DNA from: a bacterium | GTDB lineage: Bacteria > Planctomycetota > UBA8108 > UBA1146 | Length of the DNA stretch: 64,000 nucleotides | Reading direction: 5' to 3' | NCBI GenBank assembly: GCA_029976805.1 | Contig: JAPOLY010000002.1 | Coordinates: forward strand, 23,502-87,501 | In this document: piece by piece, positions 1 through 9,176 of the stretch | Numbering within the stretch: the stretch's first letter is position 1 | Layout: each line of letters opens with the position of its first letter | Translations under genes and position numbers: made by a program | The notes under the pieces: generated by a model | The model's database searches: none | What the model was told of the DNA's origin: nothing | Seen by the model: only the letters and a program-made list of their open reading frames with translations

Positions 1-2
1 CC

Positions 3-947
3 ATGGGAATGACATCCACCGTCCCGGTGATGGACTTTACCCGGCCAGCTCATGCAAACCCACAGCACCTTCTCGACCTGATCGAGCGCTACGAAGTGAC
101 CAACCTTTTCGCCTCCCCGGCACTTCTCGGTACACTTTCCCAGCATCTTCAAAAAACCGGGAAACTACTCCGAGGATTGAAACGGGTCATCAGCGCAGGT
201 GCTCCGGCAAGACATGGAGCGATCGAAACGCTGAGCCAACACCTTTCACCAGAGACATCCATCGAAACACCTTATGGAGCCACTGAAGGATTGCCTCTCT
301 GTCATGTTCATCACGACCAGATCCTCGCAACTCATGAGGCCACTTCAGCGGGAAATGGCGTCTGCATTGGATCAGCCGTTGACGGGATCGATCTCAAAAT
401 TGTCGAACCCGGAGGAAAGCCGAACGAAGGCAGCCTGCCCAATGGTCACATAGGTGAAATCTGGGTTTCTGGCCCCACCATCAGTAGAGGCTACCTGTTC
501 GACGAGGAAGCGGATGCAGTCCATAAGTTTACAGATCAAAAAAACCGAATCTGGCATCGCACCGGTGATATAGGCATGAAAGATACTGACAATCAGATCT
601 GGTTCAGAGGCCGCACCAGTCAGAGAGTGATGACCTCTCAGGGACCTCTGGATACCGTGGCCACGGAGCGGATCTTTGAAACCCATCCGGGTGTTTTTCG
701 TACCGCTCTTGTCGGAGTGGGCCCCACTGACGATCAACGACCGGTTCTCTGCGTCGAGCCTGATCCGGATTCCAATATGAGCCATGCTCAAATCCAACAG
801 GATCTGTTAATGCAAGCACATGAAAACCCGCTGACCCGCGGAATTGACCGTATCGTCATTACAGGACCATTTCCTGTCGACATACGGCACAATGCCAAAA
901 TCCAGCGAGAGCAGCTCGCTCTCATGGCAGGCAGGACTATTTCATGA
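3..947 (+). CDS. AMP-dependent synthetase/ligase, C-terminal ~314 aa (5' end lies outside the window); OleC-like (olefin beta-lactone synthetase) candidate
   Basis: ORF open from the window edge. Adenylate-forming enzyme C-terminal motifs are present (ETPYGATEG, WHRTGDIG, FPVDIRHNAKIQRE). ATGA overlap with the downstream OleD-like reductase. Confidence 0.75.
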   Translation: MGMTSTVPVMDFTRPAHANPQHLLDLIERYEVTNLFASPALLGTLSQHLQKTGKLLRGLKRVISAGAPARHGAIETLSQHLSPETSIETPYGATEGLPLCHVHHDQILATHEATSAGNGVCIGSAVDGIDLKIVEPGGKPNEGSLPNGHIGEIWVSGPTISRGYLFDEEADAVHKFTDQKNRIWHRTGDIGMKDTDNQIWFRGRTSQRVMTSQGPLDTVATERIFETHPGVFRTALVGVGPTDDQRPVLCVEPDPDSNMSHAQIQQDLLMQAHENPLTRGIDRIVITGPFPVDIRHNAKIQREQLALMAGRTIS

Positions 948-1948
948 AATGCCTCGTGACGGGTGCCGGTGGTTTTATCGGTGGAAACATCACCCGCCGA
1001 CTCTTGAAGTTGGGGCATGAGGTTGTCACCTTTCAGCGAGGAAACTATCCCGAGCTGAATCAATTGGGTGGAACACACCTTCAGGGCAGTATCACTCAAA
1101 AAGAACTGCTCATGGACGCCATGAAAGAAGTCGATGCGGTTTTTCATGTTGCAGCACTGGCTGCCATCTCCGGCCCCCGTGAAGATTTTGAGCAAGCCAA
1201 CGTTCTGGGTACCAGAAATGTGATCGAAGCTTGCAAGGCTAATGGCGTCCAACGCCTGATTTTCACCTCTTCCCCAAGCGTGGTCTTCGATGGCAAAGAT
1301 CAAATCGGGATCGATGAATCAGAGTCCTACCCCAGCCATTATCTGGCAGATTATCCGAGAACCAAAGCCATCGCCGAGGCCGAGGTCATCGCTGCCAACA
1401 GCGATCAGTTTTGGACCATTTCACTTCGCCCTCATTTGGTTTGGGGCCCTGGAGACCGACACCTTTTTCCACGAATCATCGAACGTGCACGTCAGGGTAA
1501 GTTGAAATTGGTACGTCGTCGTGGCATGAAAATCGACGCTTGCTACATCGACAATGCAGTGGATGCCCATATCTGTGCCTTGAATCAGATCGCCACCAAT
1601 CCTGATTGCAGGGGAAAATCGTACTTTGTCTCTAATGGAGAACCCACTTCACCGGAAGATCTGATCAACAGCTTCCTCTCTTGTGCAGAAATGAACCCGA
1701 TTCGCCCATCCGTCTCTCCATTTCTCGCAAAGGCTGCCGGCTGGCTGATTGAAAATATCTACAGAACATCCTTCTTCAGTGGCGAGCCCCCTCTCACTCG
1801 ATTCGTTGCCCACCAGCAATCCACCAGTCACTGGTTTGACCTTTCCGCAGCCAAGCGGGATCTCGATTGGCAACCCACCATTTCTACCGCAGTTGGTATT
1901 GAACGTCTCAGACAGCATCATTCTGAGGAAGAGCCCGTCTCGACATGA
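944..1948 (+). CDS. NAD(P)-dependent epimerase/dehydratase of the 3-beta-HSD family; OleD-like 2-alkyl-3-oxoalkanoate reductase candidate
   Basis: N-terminal Rossmann motif VTGAGGFIGG, plus RPHLVWGPGDRHLFPR and YFVSNGEP motifs. Translationally coupled to flanking genes by ATGA overlaps on both sides. Confidence 0.75.
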   Translation: MKCLVTGAGGFIGGNITRRLLKLGHEVVTFQRGNYPELNQLGGTHLQGSITQKELLMDAMKEVDAVFHVAALAAISGPREDFEQANVLGTRNVIEACKANGVQRLIFTSSPSVVFDGKDQIGIDESESYPSHYLADYPRTKAIAEAEVIAANSDQFWTISLRPHLVWGPGDRHLFPRIIERARQGKLKLVRRRGMKIDACYIDNAVDAHICALNQIATNPDCRGKSYFVSNGEPTSPEDLINSFLSCAEMNPIRPSVSPFLAKAAGWLIENIYRTSFFSGEPPLTRFVAHQQSTSHWFDLSAAKRDLDWQPTISTAVGIERLRQHHSEEEPVST

Positions 1949-2703
1949 GTTCATTTGCTGAAGATCACCATAAAGAAGAGCAACCGGTCATCGAGATTGA
2001 CACCTGGAAGTTCAGCCTCAGCGGCAAACCGGACTCGATTCAAAATCACCTGGAAGACCTCGTAGGAGAAGAAAGACAGAGAATCGAACAGGGTATTTTT
2101 CCGGAATTAGGGGAACGAGCCACTCGTTCACGTCTCGGATTACGCTGGATTCTTGCTGACTATCTGCAGTGCAAACCTCATGAAGTCCCTTTGATTATCG
2201 GGGAACACGGAAAGCCGGAACTCGATTCAGAATCTTCCCATTTTCAAAACCTTCACTTCAATCTGAGTCATTGTGGAGATCGCGCTCTGATGGCGGTCAG
2301 TTGGGATTCTGTTTTGGGGGTCGATCTCGAACGGATTAGGGAAGAATCCCCCATCGAAGACCTCGCTCAGCGTTGTTTCTCCGAAATAGAACGAAATGCA
2401 TGGCAGGAATCACCTGCAGATCTGCGACGAGTCTCGTTTTTTCATCTCTGGGTTCAAAAAGAAGCGATGGTCAAGGCCCATGGGGATGGCATGACCCTTC
2501 CATTGAGACTCTTTTCTGGAAACCCCGACTCGCAGGCTCTTGAAGGAGCGATCACTTCAGAGTTACCAGAAATTGGAGTAAACCTCTGGCGTTATCGTGC
2601 CGAAGTTTGCTCCGAAGACCTTCGGTCCGCGATCGTCTTCAAGGGCAAGGAAGCAAAGATATCCGATTGTGACCCCAGCAGGGTCGGTCTCAGTCGATGG
2701 TGA
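1945..2703 (+). CDS. 4'-phosphopantetheinyl transferase (Sfp-type)
   Basis: PPTase motifs GKPEL, FNLSHCGDRALMAV, LGVDLERI and WVQKEAMVKAHG. Confidence 0.85.
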   Translation: MSSFAEDHHKEEQPVIEIDTWKFSLSGKPDSIQNHLEDLVGEERQRIEQGIFPELGERATRSRLGLRWILADYLQCKPHEVPLIIGEHGKPELDSESSHFQNLHFNLSHCGDRALMAVSWDSVLGVDLERIREESPIEDLAQRCFSEIERNAWQESPADLRRVSFFHLWVQKEAMVKAHGDGMTLPLRLFSGNPDSQALEGAITSELPEIGVNLWRYRAEVCSEDLRSAIVFKGKEAKISDCDPSRVGLSRW

Positions 2704-4513
2704 TCGTCAGGACACCCGGTCCCAACTCCGATTGACTGAGGGAATCGAATCCCCCCACCCGAATGAAATAGTGATCTCCTTCTGAAACAACGAAATCGTT
2801 GATCCTGGAAGTCAAAAGCGGGCAAGGATCCCCCTGCGCATCAACACCGTCTCCATTGCAGGCCTGCTGGACCAGCTGTCCACATGATCCGCTATAGATC
2901 ACCATATCTGAGTCAAATACCACTTCATTAGAGCACAGAGAGAAGGTCGCGTTTCCTGTTGAAGGTACCGTAAAGTCGAACCAGATATCGGCGTACATCT
3001 GTCCCAGGAAGGTGGATTCACAACCGGCGTCATCATAAGGATCCGTCGAATCTGTCATCAAAGACGTGTCAAAATTGTTATCTCCAAGTGTCACTGTGAT
3101 AGCACTGGCGCATTCATCCCCGGGAAACCCTGCACCACAGGTGACGTCAGGGCAGCCTGTGTCACATCCCAATGAGTCGGGTGTGGGATCCAGCCCCGCC
3201 AACGGGAATGGTGCAGCGGGTTCTGCTCCGCCCGTAAAGAGGAATGCCAGAAGGTTGACTGCGTCAGAAAGATCGAGTGAAGCGTCGTCGTTAAAGTCGG
3301 CAGCAGAAGCGCAGGGCATATCACCAAAAACAAAAAGGTACTGCAAAAGGGTCACCGGATCGACGAGGTTGAGTTCTCCATCACTATCGATGTCTCCTCG
3401 AATGAAGAGAACATCAGGAATAGGCAGAAAGATCTCGCAGGGCTCGGAATCGGCAGTGGTACCCGCCAAAGAACAGCGAAGAACATAATCCAGAGTGATT
3501 CCGGGTATGGGTCCGGAATCGACAAAGCTGTTCTCGAGTGAATTCAGAGTCGCAATCAGGTTTCCCTGCCTCAACACATCCACCTGTTCATAAGGCAGTG
3601 GGTTTTCCCATGTCAAGAGAACGGTGTTTGCATTTTGTGTACAACTCAAACCTATGGGAGTCTCAAGATCTCCATCTATAGAAACTTCACAAGAAACATC
3701 AGGCGAAGTGACCCCCGCCAGAATTCCTCTCAAAGAGTAGGATCTCTCGGTTCCAATCAAAGCGTCAGAATCTTCAAAGAAACCAAGACCACCGGAAATT
3801 TCTGCAATGAGCAATCCGTCTCTGCGGATTTGAATCTGTGAATAATCCACCGGTTCCTGCCAGGTCAGGAACACAGTTTCAGCAACTTCCCCACAAACCA
3901 ATTCGGTGGGACGTAAAACATCACTGATTTCCAAATCCAGAGTTCCCGGAAGTGTCGGCAGAATGACCCCATTCTGATCTGTGACGATGGAGCCGATCCA
4001 ACCACATGTCAGGTCCGGATCCGGTGTGGAAAGTTGAATCAGACCATTCGGTGCATTTCCGACGACCCTGAACTCCAGTTGGGCGATGGGAGTCGATGTC
4101 GCCGACAAACTCTCACTGAGAATCAATCCCAGACTGAATGCTTCCTGACCGGAACCATCCCACCAACTTGCACAACCCTGATCTCCACCACTTCCAGCAG
4201 GCTCAGGTGCATTCCAAACAAGAATTTCGGGGTCAGGTGATCCGTTCAGCGACCCTGGTAAGTCGACGGATAACAATTGGAGAGAGCCTGAGTCCCATGC
4301 AACCGCATGCTGTAAACCACGAACGGTCTCGCCAGATGGATTCTCCAGTGAAAGATCTACGACGAAGGACTCACCCGGAGCATAGACACTTGCCTGACTG
4401 CTCAGATTCAACTCGATTTGCTGACCCATTGCTGAAGAAGACAATAAGCATATGCAGAGCATAACGAAAACAGGGCTTTGGCTAACCTCTGCGAAACATT
4501 TCTGAAATGACAT
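2690..4513 (-). CDS. Secreted multidomain protein: cohesin-like N-domain, two Fn3-like repeats, dockerin-like module, C-terminal six-Cys domain
   Basis: Signal peptide MSFQKCFAEVSQSPVFVMLCICLLSSSAMG, with GGAGGGG seven nt upstream of the ATG at 4513. Two ~80-aa repeats (LVCGEVAETVFLTWQEP... and LSCTQNANTVLLTWENP...). FIRGDIDSDGELNLVD...DFNDDASLDLSDAVNLL...PFP dockerin-like EF-hand pair. The track ORF extends to 4561. Confidence 0.7.
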   Translation of the reverse strand: MSFQKCFAEVSQSPVFVMLCICLLSSSAMGQQIELNLSSQASVYAPGESFVVDLSLENPSGETVRGLQHAVAWDSGSLQLLSVDLPGSLNGSPDPEILVWNAPEPAGSGGDQGCASWWDGSGQEAFSLGLILSESLSATSTPIAQLEFRVVGNAPNGLIQLSTPDPDLTCGWIGSIVTDQNGVILPTLPGTLDLEISDVLRPTELVCGEVAETVFLTWQEPVDYSQIQIRRDGLLIAEISGGLGFFEDSDALIGTERSYSLRGILAGVTSPDVSCEVSIDGDLETPIGLSCTQNANTVLLTWENPLPYEQVDVLRQGNLIATLNSLENSFVDSGPIPGITLDYVLRCSLAGTTADSEPCEIFLPIPDVLFIRGDIDSDGELNLVDPVTLLQYLFVFGDMPCASAADFNDDASLDLSDAVNLLAFLFTGGAEPAAPFPLAGLDPTPDSLGCDTGCPDVTCGAGFPGDECASAITVTLGDNNFDTSLMTDSTDPYDDAGCESTFLGQMYADIWFDFTVPSTGNATFSLCSNEVVFDSDMVIYSGSCGQLVQQACNGDGVDAQGDPCPLLTSRINDFVVSEGDHYFIRVGGFDSLSQSELGPGVLTITID

Positions 4514-4603
4514 GTTGAACCCCTCCGAGATCCCAATAACCGTCAGGTTCAAGGATATCACCGGGGCTAAAATTTCCGCTTCAGGAAATCGCGATTATCA
4601 AAT

Positions 4604-6859
4604 TCAGGTCAGAGTATTGAGCGCTGCACCCGCCCAAAACCACTTCACCTGACTTTCGCTACAGGTGTGACTGCAAACAGCACGATCCTCTGAACCATCC
4701 TGATGACGGAAAACAGCGGTCAAAGTGGTGCCAGGAGCCAACTCTTCCAGTCCCTCTATGGTGACCACGTCACCTTGGAGAACCTTGTCATAATCGGCAG
4801 GATCCTGGAATCTAAGCGGCAAAATTCCCTGCTTTTTCAGATTCGTTTCATGAATCCTCGCAAAGGAACGAACGATGACAACTCCACAACCCATGAATCG
4901 GGGACACATGGCCGCATGTTCACGACTCGACCCCTCACCGTAATTTTCATCGCCGACAACCGCCCAAAAATGACCGGAATCCCTGAGGGAGGCTGCTATC
5001 TCATGCAGAGGTTTGCTGCTCCCTGTTTCAGGATCGTTCCCAAGCCCTGGACTGTCGTGGAATGCATTGACCGCACCCAGGAACATGTTGCGCGATATAT
5101 TTTCCAGATGGCCCCGGAACTTTAGCCATGGGCCGGCAGGTGAGATGTGGTCAGTGGTGCATTTGCCATTTGCCTTGAACAAAAGTGGCATATCCACCAG
5201 CTGCTCAGCTTCACGCGGTTTGAAAGGCTTTAACAGTTGAAGCCGCTCACTGTTTTCTGCGACGTCCACCACGACTGAGGTCCCTGACTCTGGTGGAGCG
5301 ACAAATCCCTCGGAATCCGTGACGAATCCCTGATCTGGAAGGCTGTCCCCTTCCGGTACCGGAAGTTTGATTTCCTCACCACTCTCGGTCGTGACGGTAT
5401 CTGTGAGAGGATTGAAATCGAGGGTGCCTGCGATCGCAAAAGCCGTCACCAGATCTGGGCTGGCAATAAAGGAAAGGGTTTGGGCATTTCCGTCATTACG
5501 CCCCGGAAAATTCCGATTGAACGAGCTGACGATACTGTTGGAAGTCCCCTTTTCCATATCATCCCTTTGCCACTGACCAATGCACGGGCCGCAAGCGTTG
5601 GCGAGTACAGTCCCCCCCAGATTCTCAAAGATTCCTGCCTGACCATCACGCTCGACAGTCTTGAAGACCTGAGTCGAACCAGGAGAAACAAGAAACTGGC
5701 TTTTTGCCTTCAGACCAGCCTTGACGGCTTCATCTGCGATGGAGGATGCTCTGTCCATGTCTTCATACGAGGAGTTCGTGCACGAACCGATGAGGGCTGC
5801 ACTGATTTCCAATGGCCAGCCATTTTCCTTTGCCTCTGCGCCCAACGCAGACACGGGCCTTGCCCGGTCAGGTGAATGGGGACCGACAACATGAGGCTCG
5901 AGAGAATCGAGATCAATCTCAAGAATCTGGTCGTAAAATTCTGACGGGTTTTCTTCGACTTCAGCGTCGGGAGCAAGAAGATCAGCATGGTCTCTTGCCA
6001 AAGTGGCAAGGTCTCCCCTGCCTGTCGACTCGAGGTACAGCGCCATCGCCTCGTCAAACGGGAACACTGAGCAAGTTGCCCCGATTTCTGCCCCCATATT
6101 GGTAATTGTCGCTTTACCAGTACAGGAAATCGAACGGGCCCCATCGCCGATGTATTCAACGATGGCACCGGTACCACCCTTGACTGTCAGCTCTCCTGCA
6201 ACCTTGAGGATCACGTCTTTGGCGGAAGTCCAACCACCCAGATTTCCCTTGAGATGCACAGCAATGGCTCCGGGCCACTTGACGTTCCAGGGCAATCCTG
6301 CCATCACGTCAACGGCGTCGGCTCCACCAACACCGACAGCCAGCATTCCCAGTCCACCCGCGTTTGGAGTGTGACTGTCCGTACCAATCATCAATCCACC
6401 GGGGAACGCATAATTCTCGAGAACGACCTGATGAATAATCCCGGAACCCGGCTTCCAGAAACCGATACCGTACTTCTCTGAAGACGAGCGAAGGAATCGG
6501 TAAACTTCAGCATTGACCTCTTCCGCTGCAGCAAGGTCAGTTTGCGCCTCATGACGTGCCTGAATCAGGTGATCACAGTGGACGGTGGAAGGAACCTGGA
6601 CCTGATCAAGTCCGGCCTGCATGAATTGAAGAATCGCCATCTGCGCAGTCGCATCCTGCATCGCCACCCTGTCAGGACGCAAATCACAGTAATCTTGACG
6701 ACGCTCCGGAACGGAAGTCAGGGTCTCCTGATCGACCTCAAGGTGCGAAAACAGGATTTTTTCGGCAAGAGTCAGTCCTCTGCCCAAAACCTGTCGAGCC
6801 TGATCGTGGCGTTGACGTGCATTTTCGTAAAGCCCGCGAATTGCGTGAATATCCGTCAT
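4604..6859 (-). CDS. Aconitate hydratase (about 750 aa, mitochondrial-type aconitase family)
   Basis: Full-length aconitase-like sequence with IGTDSHTPNAGGLG, the cluster-ligand context GSCTNSSYEDM, ANACGPCIGQW and a C-terminal swivel domain. AGGAG lies seven nt upstream of the ATG at 6859. The track ORF extends to 6880. Confidence 0.9.
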   Translation of the reverse strand: MTDIHAIRGLYENARQRHDQARQVLGRGLTLAEKILFSHLEVDQETLTSVPERRQDYCDLRPDRVAMQDATAQMAILQFMQAGLDQVQVPSTVHCDHLIQARHEAQTDLAAAEEVNAEVYRFLRSSSEKYGIGFWKPGSGIIHQVVLENYAFPGGLMIGTDSHTPNAGGLGMLAVGVGGADAVDVMAGLPWNVKWPGAIAVHLKGNLGGWTSAKDVILKVAGELTVKGGTGAIVEYIGDGARSISCTGKATITNMGAEIGATCSVFPFDEAMALYLESTGRGDLATLARDHADLLAPDAEVEENPSEFYDQILEIDLDSLEPHVVGPHSPDRARPVSALGAEAKENGWPLEISAALIGSCTNSSYEDMDRASSIADEAVKAGLKAKSQFLVSPGSTQVFKTVERDGQAGIFENLGGTVLANACGPCIGQWQRDDMEKGTSNSIVSSFNRNFPGRNDGNAQTLSFIASPDLVTAFAIAGTLDFNPLTDTVTTESGEEIKLPVPEGDSLPDQGFVTDSEGFVAPPESGTSVVVDVAENSERLQLLKPFKPREAEQLVDMPLLFKANGKCTTDHISPAGPWLKFRGHLENISRNMFLGAVNAFHDSPGLGNDPETGSSKPLHEIAASLRDSGHFWAVVGDENYGEGSSREHAAMCPRFMGCGVVIVRSFARIHETNLKKQGILPLRFQDPADYDKVLQGDVVTIEGLEELAPGTTLTAVFRHQDGSEDRAVCSHTCSESQVKWFWAGAALNTLT

Positions 6860-7078
6860 TTCAGCACTCCTGCATCCCACTTGAGACGTATCCCTGAGGG
6901 AGTATCATCTACTCTGGTCGATGTTTATTGATCTATTCAAACGGCAGTCATCGTATCCCAAGATGTGTTTTCAAGGGAGTGATTCCGAACGTCGATTTGT
7001 TGACAAAGTGCCCGCCTTAACGCGCCGAGTCGCTCAGCGACCAGCAGTGATGCTGTCAGGGAAAGAGGACTCTTGATC

Positions 7079-7948
7079 ATGATGAGTCAAATTGGATCGG
7101 AAACTCCCCGCACCGAATCGGACAAGTCCCCATACTTTTTTCGATTTGTATCTCTTTTGGCAGTGATCCTGCTGAGCGGTTCTTCCCTGATGGGCCAATC
7201 AACCACTCTGGGCATCGGTGATGTCACGGCACAACCCGGAGACCCAGTTTCGATTCCCGTGCTGGCTGACTGGAATGGCCAGATTGCAGGATTCAGTTTC
7301 TCTCTCGCATTCTCAGGGCCCACACCCTTTCCACTGTCCGCCATGACGATTGACGTTGAAGGCACACTCGCAGGCGCCATCGAGGCTGAATATGTTCAGG
7401 CGCAGATTGACCTCTCCACAAGCACAATCATTTGTGGTGTTCTTTTCGATGCCCTTCCCCCATTCAACGGCCAGACATTGCCTTCCCTTGGATATCCCCA
7501 GGAAGTGGCATTTGTTCATGGAACCGTTCTTCCAACGGCTGTGGAATCCACGGTTCAATTCAATCCTCAAGACGGGTTCGGCTCTCCTCCCATCAACAAT
7601 ATGCTCGTTTTTGGGACAACTTCAGTAGCGGTAGACACTCTATACCCGGGATCTTTGTTGATCGAACTTCCTCCGGTCCCTCAACTTTTCATCCGTGGTG
7701 ATGTCAATATGGATTCCGTTGTTGATCTTGCAGACGTGATTTTCCACCTTGATTACACTTTCCTTTCCGGACCACTCCCGAGCTGCATGGACGCGGGAGA
7801 TGCCAATGACGATGGTGTTTCAGATGTTTCCGATGCCATCTTCCTGCTCTACTGGTTTTTCCTGGATGGACCCGGTCCCTGGGTTCCCTTCCCGAATCCA
7901 GGAGAAGATTTCACAAATGACAGTCTGGATTGTGCTCAAGGGCTCTAA
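7079..7948 (+). CDS. Secreted cohesin-like plus dockerin-like protein
   Basis: Signal/TM segment FFRFVSLLAVILLSGSSLMG. Cohesin-like start LGIGDVTAQPGDPVSIPVLADWNGQIAGFSFSLAF. C-terminal FIRGDVNMDSVVDLADV...DANDDGVSDVSDAIFLL...PFP module. Confidence 0.65.
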   Translation: MMSQIGSETPRTESDKSPYFFRFVSLLAVILLSGSSLMGQSTTLGIGDVTAQPGDPVSIPVLADWNGQIAGFSFSLAFSGPTPFPLSAMTIDVEGTLAGAIEAEYVQAQIDLSTSTIICGVLFDALPPFNGQTLPSLGYPQEVAFVHGTVLPTAVESTVQFNPQDGFGSPPINNMLVFGTTSVAVDTLYPGSLLIELPPVPQLFIRGDVNMDSVVDLADVIFHLDYTFLSGPLPSCMDAGDANDDGVSDVSDAIFLLYWFFLDGPGPWVPFPNPGEDFTNDSLDCAQGL

Positions 7949-7970
7949 TCAGAATTTTTAATCACAATTG

Positions 7971-8008
7971 AAAAAGCCCCGGCATGGAATCCATGCCGGG
8001 GCTTTTTC
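7971..8008. terminator. Bidirectional rho-independent terminator between convergent genes
   Basis: AAAAAGCCCCGGCATGG-AAT-CCATGCCGGGGCTTTTT: perfect GC-rich stem flanked by an A-run and a T-run. Confidence 0.85.
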
Positions 8009-8028
8009 GTCAATCATGAAGCGGATTG

Positions 8029-8991
8029 TCAGCTCAAATCCCTGAATAGATCCAAAAAACGGTCTTCGTATAGTTTAAAGACTCCCAAGCGATCCAACTC
8101 CGCTTTCAGAAGCGGAGTCTGACTTCGATCAAATTTGGCTCTTGAAAAAAAGTTTTCGAGTTCATCGTGTTCCGCTTTACTGAGACTTTCCATTGGAGAT
8201 TCGAACTCTTTTATCTCTGATTCATTATGGAATCTATTATCAGATTCCCAGGACTCCCCGGCCTCATTGGAGAATGCATCTCGAAGGGCAGCCATCTTCT
8301 CTTCCAACGCCATAATTTGACCATTCAAATGGTCAAAGTTCAGACGTATCGACATCAGCGAACAAAATGTTCTCAGTAGCGATCGCGTCGCTTTTGGATT
8401 GGGTGAATGAAGACCCCAAACAGGAATCTCGGAAACGAGACAAATTCCCTTCAAACCCAGCTCCTGTGCCGCCAGAAGAGTGAGTCCATTTAATCCCACA
8501 ATTCGTTCCGATCGGAGAGGCGGAATGCCCGCTTTTGCCAATTCTTCGCCACTATGAAAATCGGTCGTCCCGAATCGAACAACAGGCTCTTCTTCCGGTT
8601 CCAAAACACCCGAGATCGCTGCGAAACAAATCACGGTTTGAATCCCAAAGGTAGACATGGCAGTTCTGATGACGGCCCTCGCCAAATCCAGGGGTTTATC
8701 CATCGTTTGGGTATCTGGAATGAATACAATCAACTCCTGATTCGAAGCGGAGAGTACTCTCTGAAAGATTAATTTTGGAAGGTTCCCCTGAAAGATAAGC
8801 CCATTTTTGACCTGAATATCTTCCAGCTCAAAGTGTGGATCCGGGTTGAGTGCGGAAACACTTTCGGACTGCAACCCTTGCGAGAGAGTTCTGACACAGG
8901 AGGAAGCGACTCCTCCCAGACCAGGCCATCCGACAACAAGAATTGGTGCACTCTTTGATTTGGAGGGGGCTCCAAACGAAAAATCACTCAT
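8029..8991 (-). CDS. PAC2 (proteasome assembly chaperone-like) family protein
   Basis: N-terminal PILVVGWPGLGGVASS motif typical of PAC2/ATP-grasp-like family proteins. Family call from memory only. Confidence 0.45.
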   Translation of the reverse strand: MSDFSFGAPSKSKSAPILVVGWPGLGGVASSCVRTLSQGLQSESVSALNPDPHFELEDIQVKNGLIFQGNLPKLIFQRVLSASNQELIVFIPDTQTMDKPLDLARAVIRTAMSTFGIQTVICFAAISGVLEPEEEPVVRFGTTDFHSGEELAKAGIPPLRSERIVGLNGLTLLAAQELGLKGICLVSEIPVWGLHSPNPKATRSLLRTFCSLMSIRLNFDHLNGQIMALEEKMAALRDAFSNEAGESWESDNRFHNESEIKEFESPMESLSKAEHDELENFFSRAKFDRSQTPLLKAELDRLGVFKLYEDRFLDLFRDLS

Positions 8992-9176
8992 GAGTAACCT
9001 TATAAGCCGTTACTTTTTATAGACATATATTGGACAAAGAGGGTCATTTCCCCTTCATGCAAATTAGATATTAACCCTTTGAATCCACATATCAATCAAC
9101 CGGTCAGTCCATGATCCATAAATCGACTAGATCAGCATTGACAGGTATGACAGGTCAGGGAGTTCCATAATGGGCT

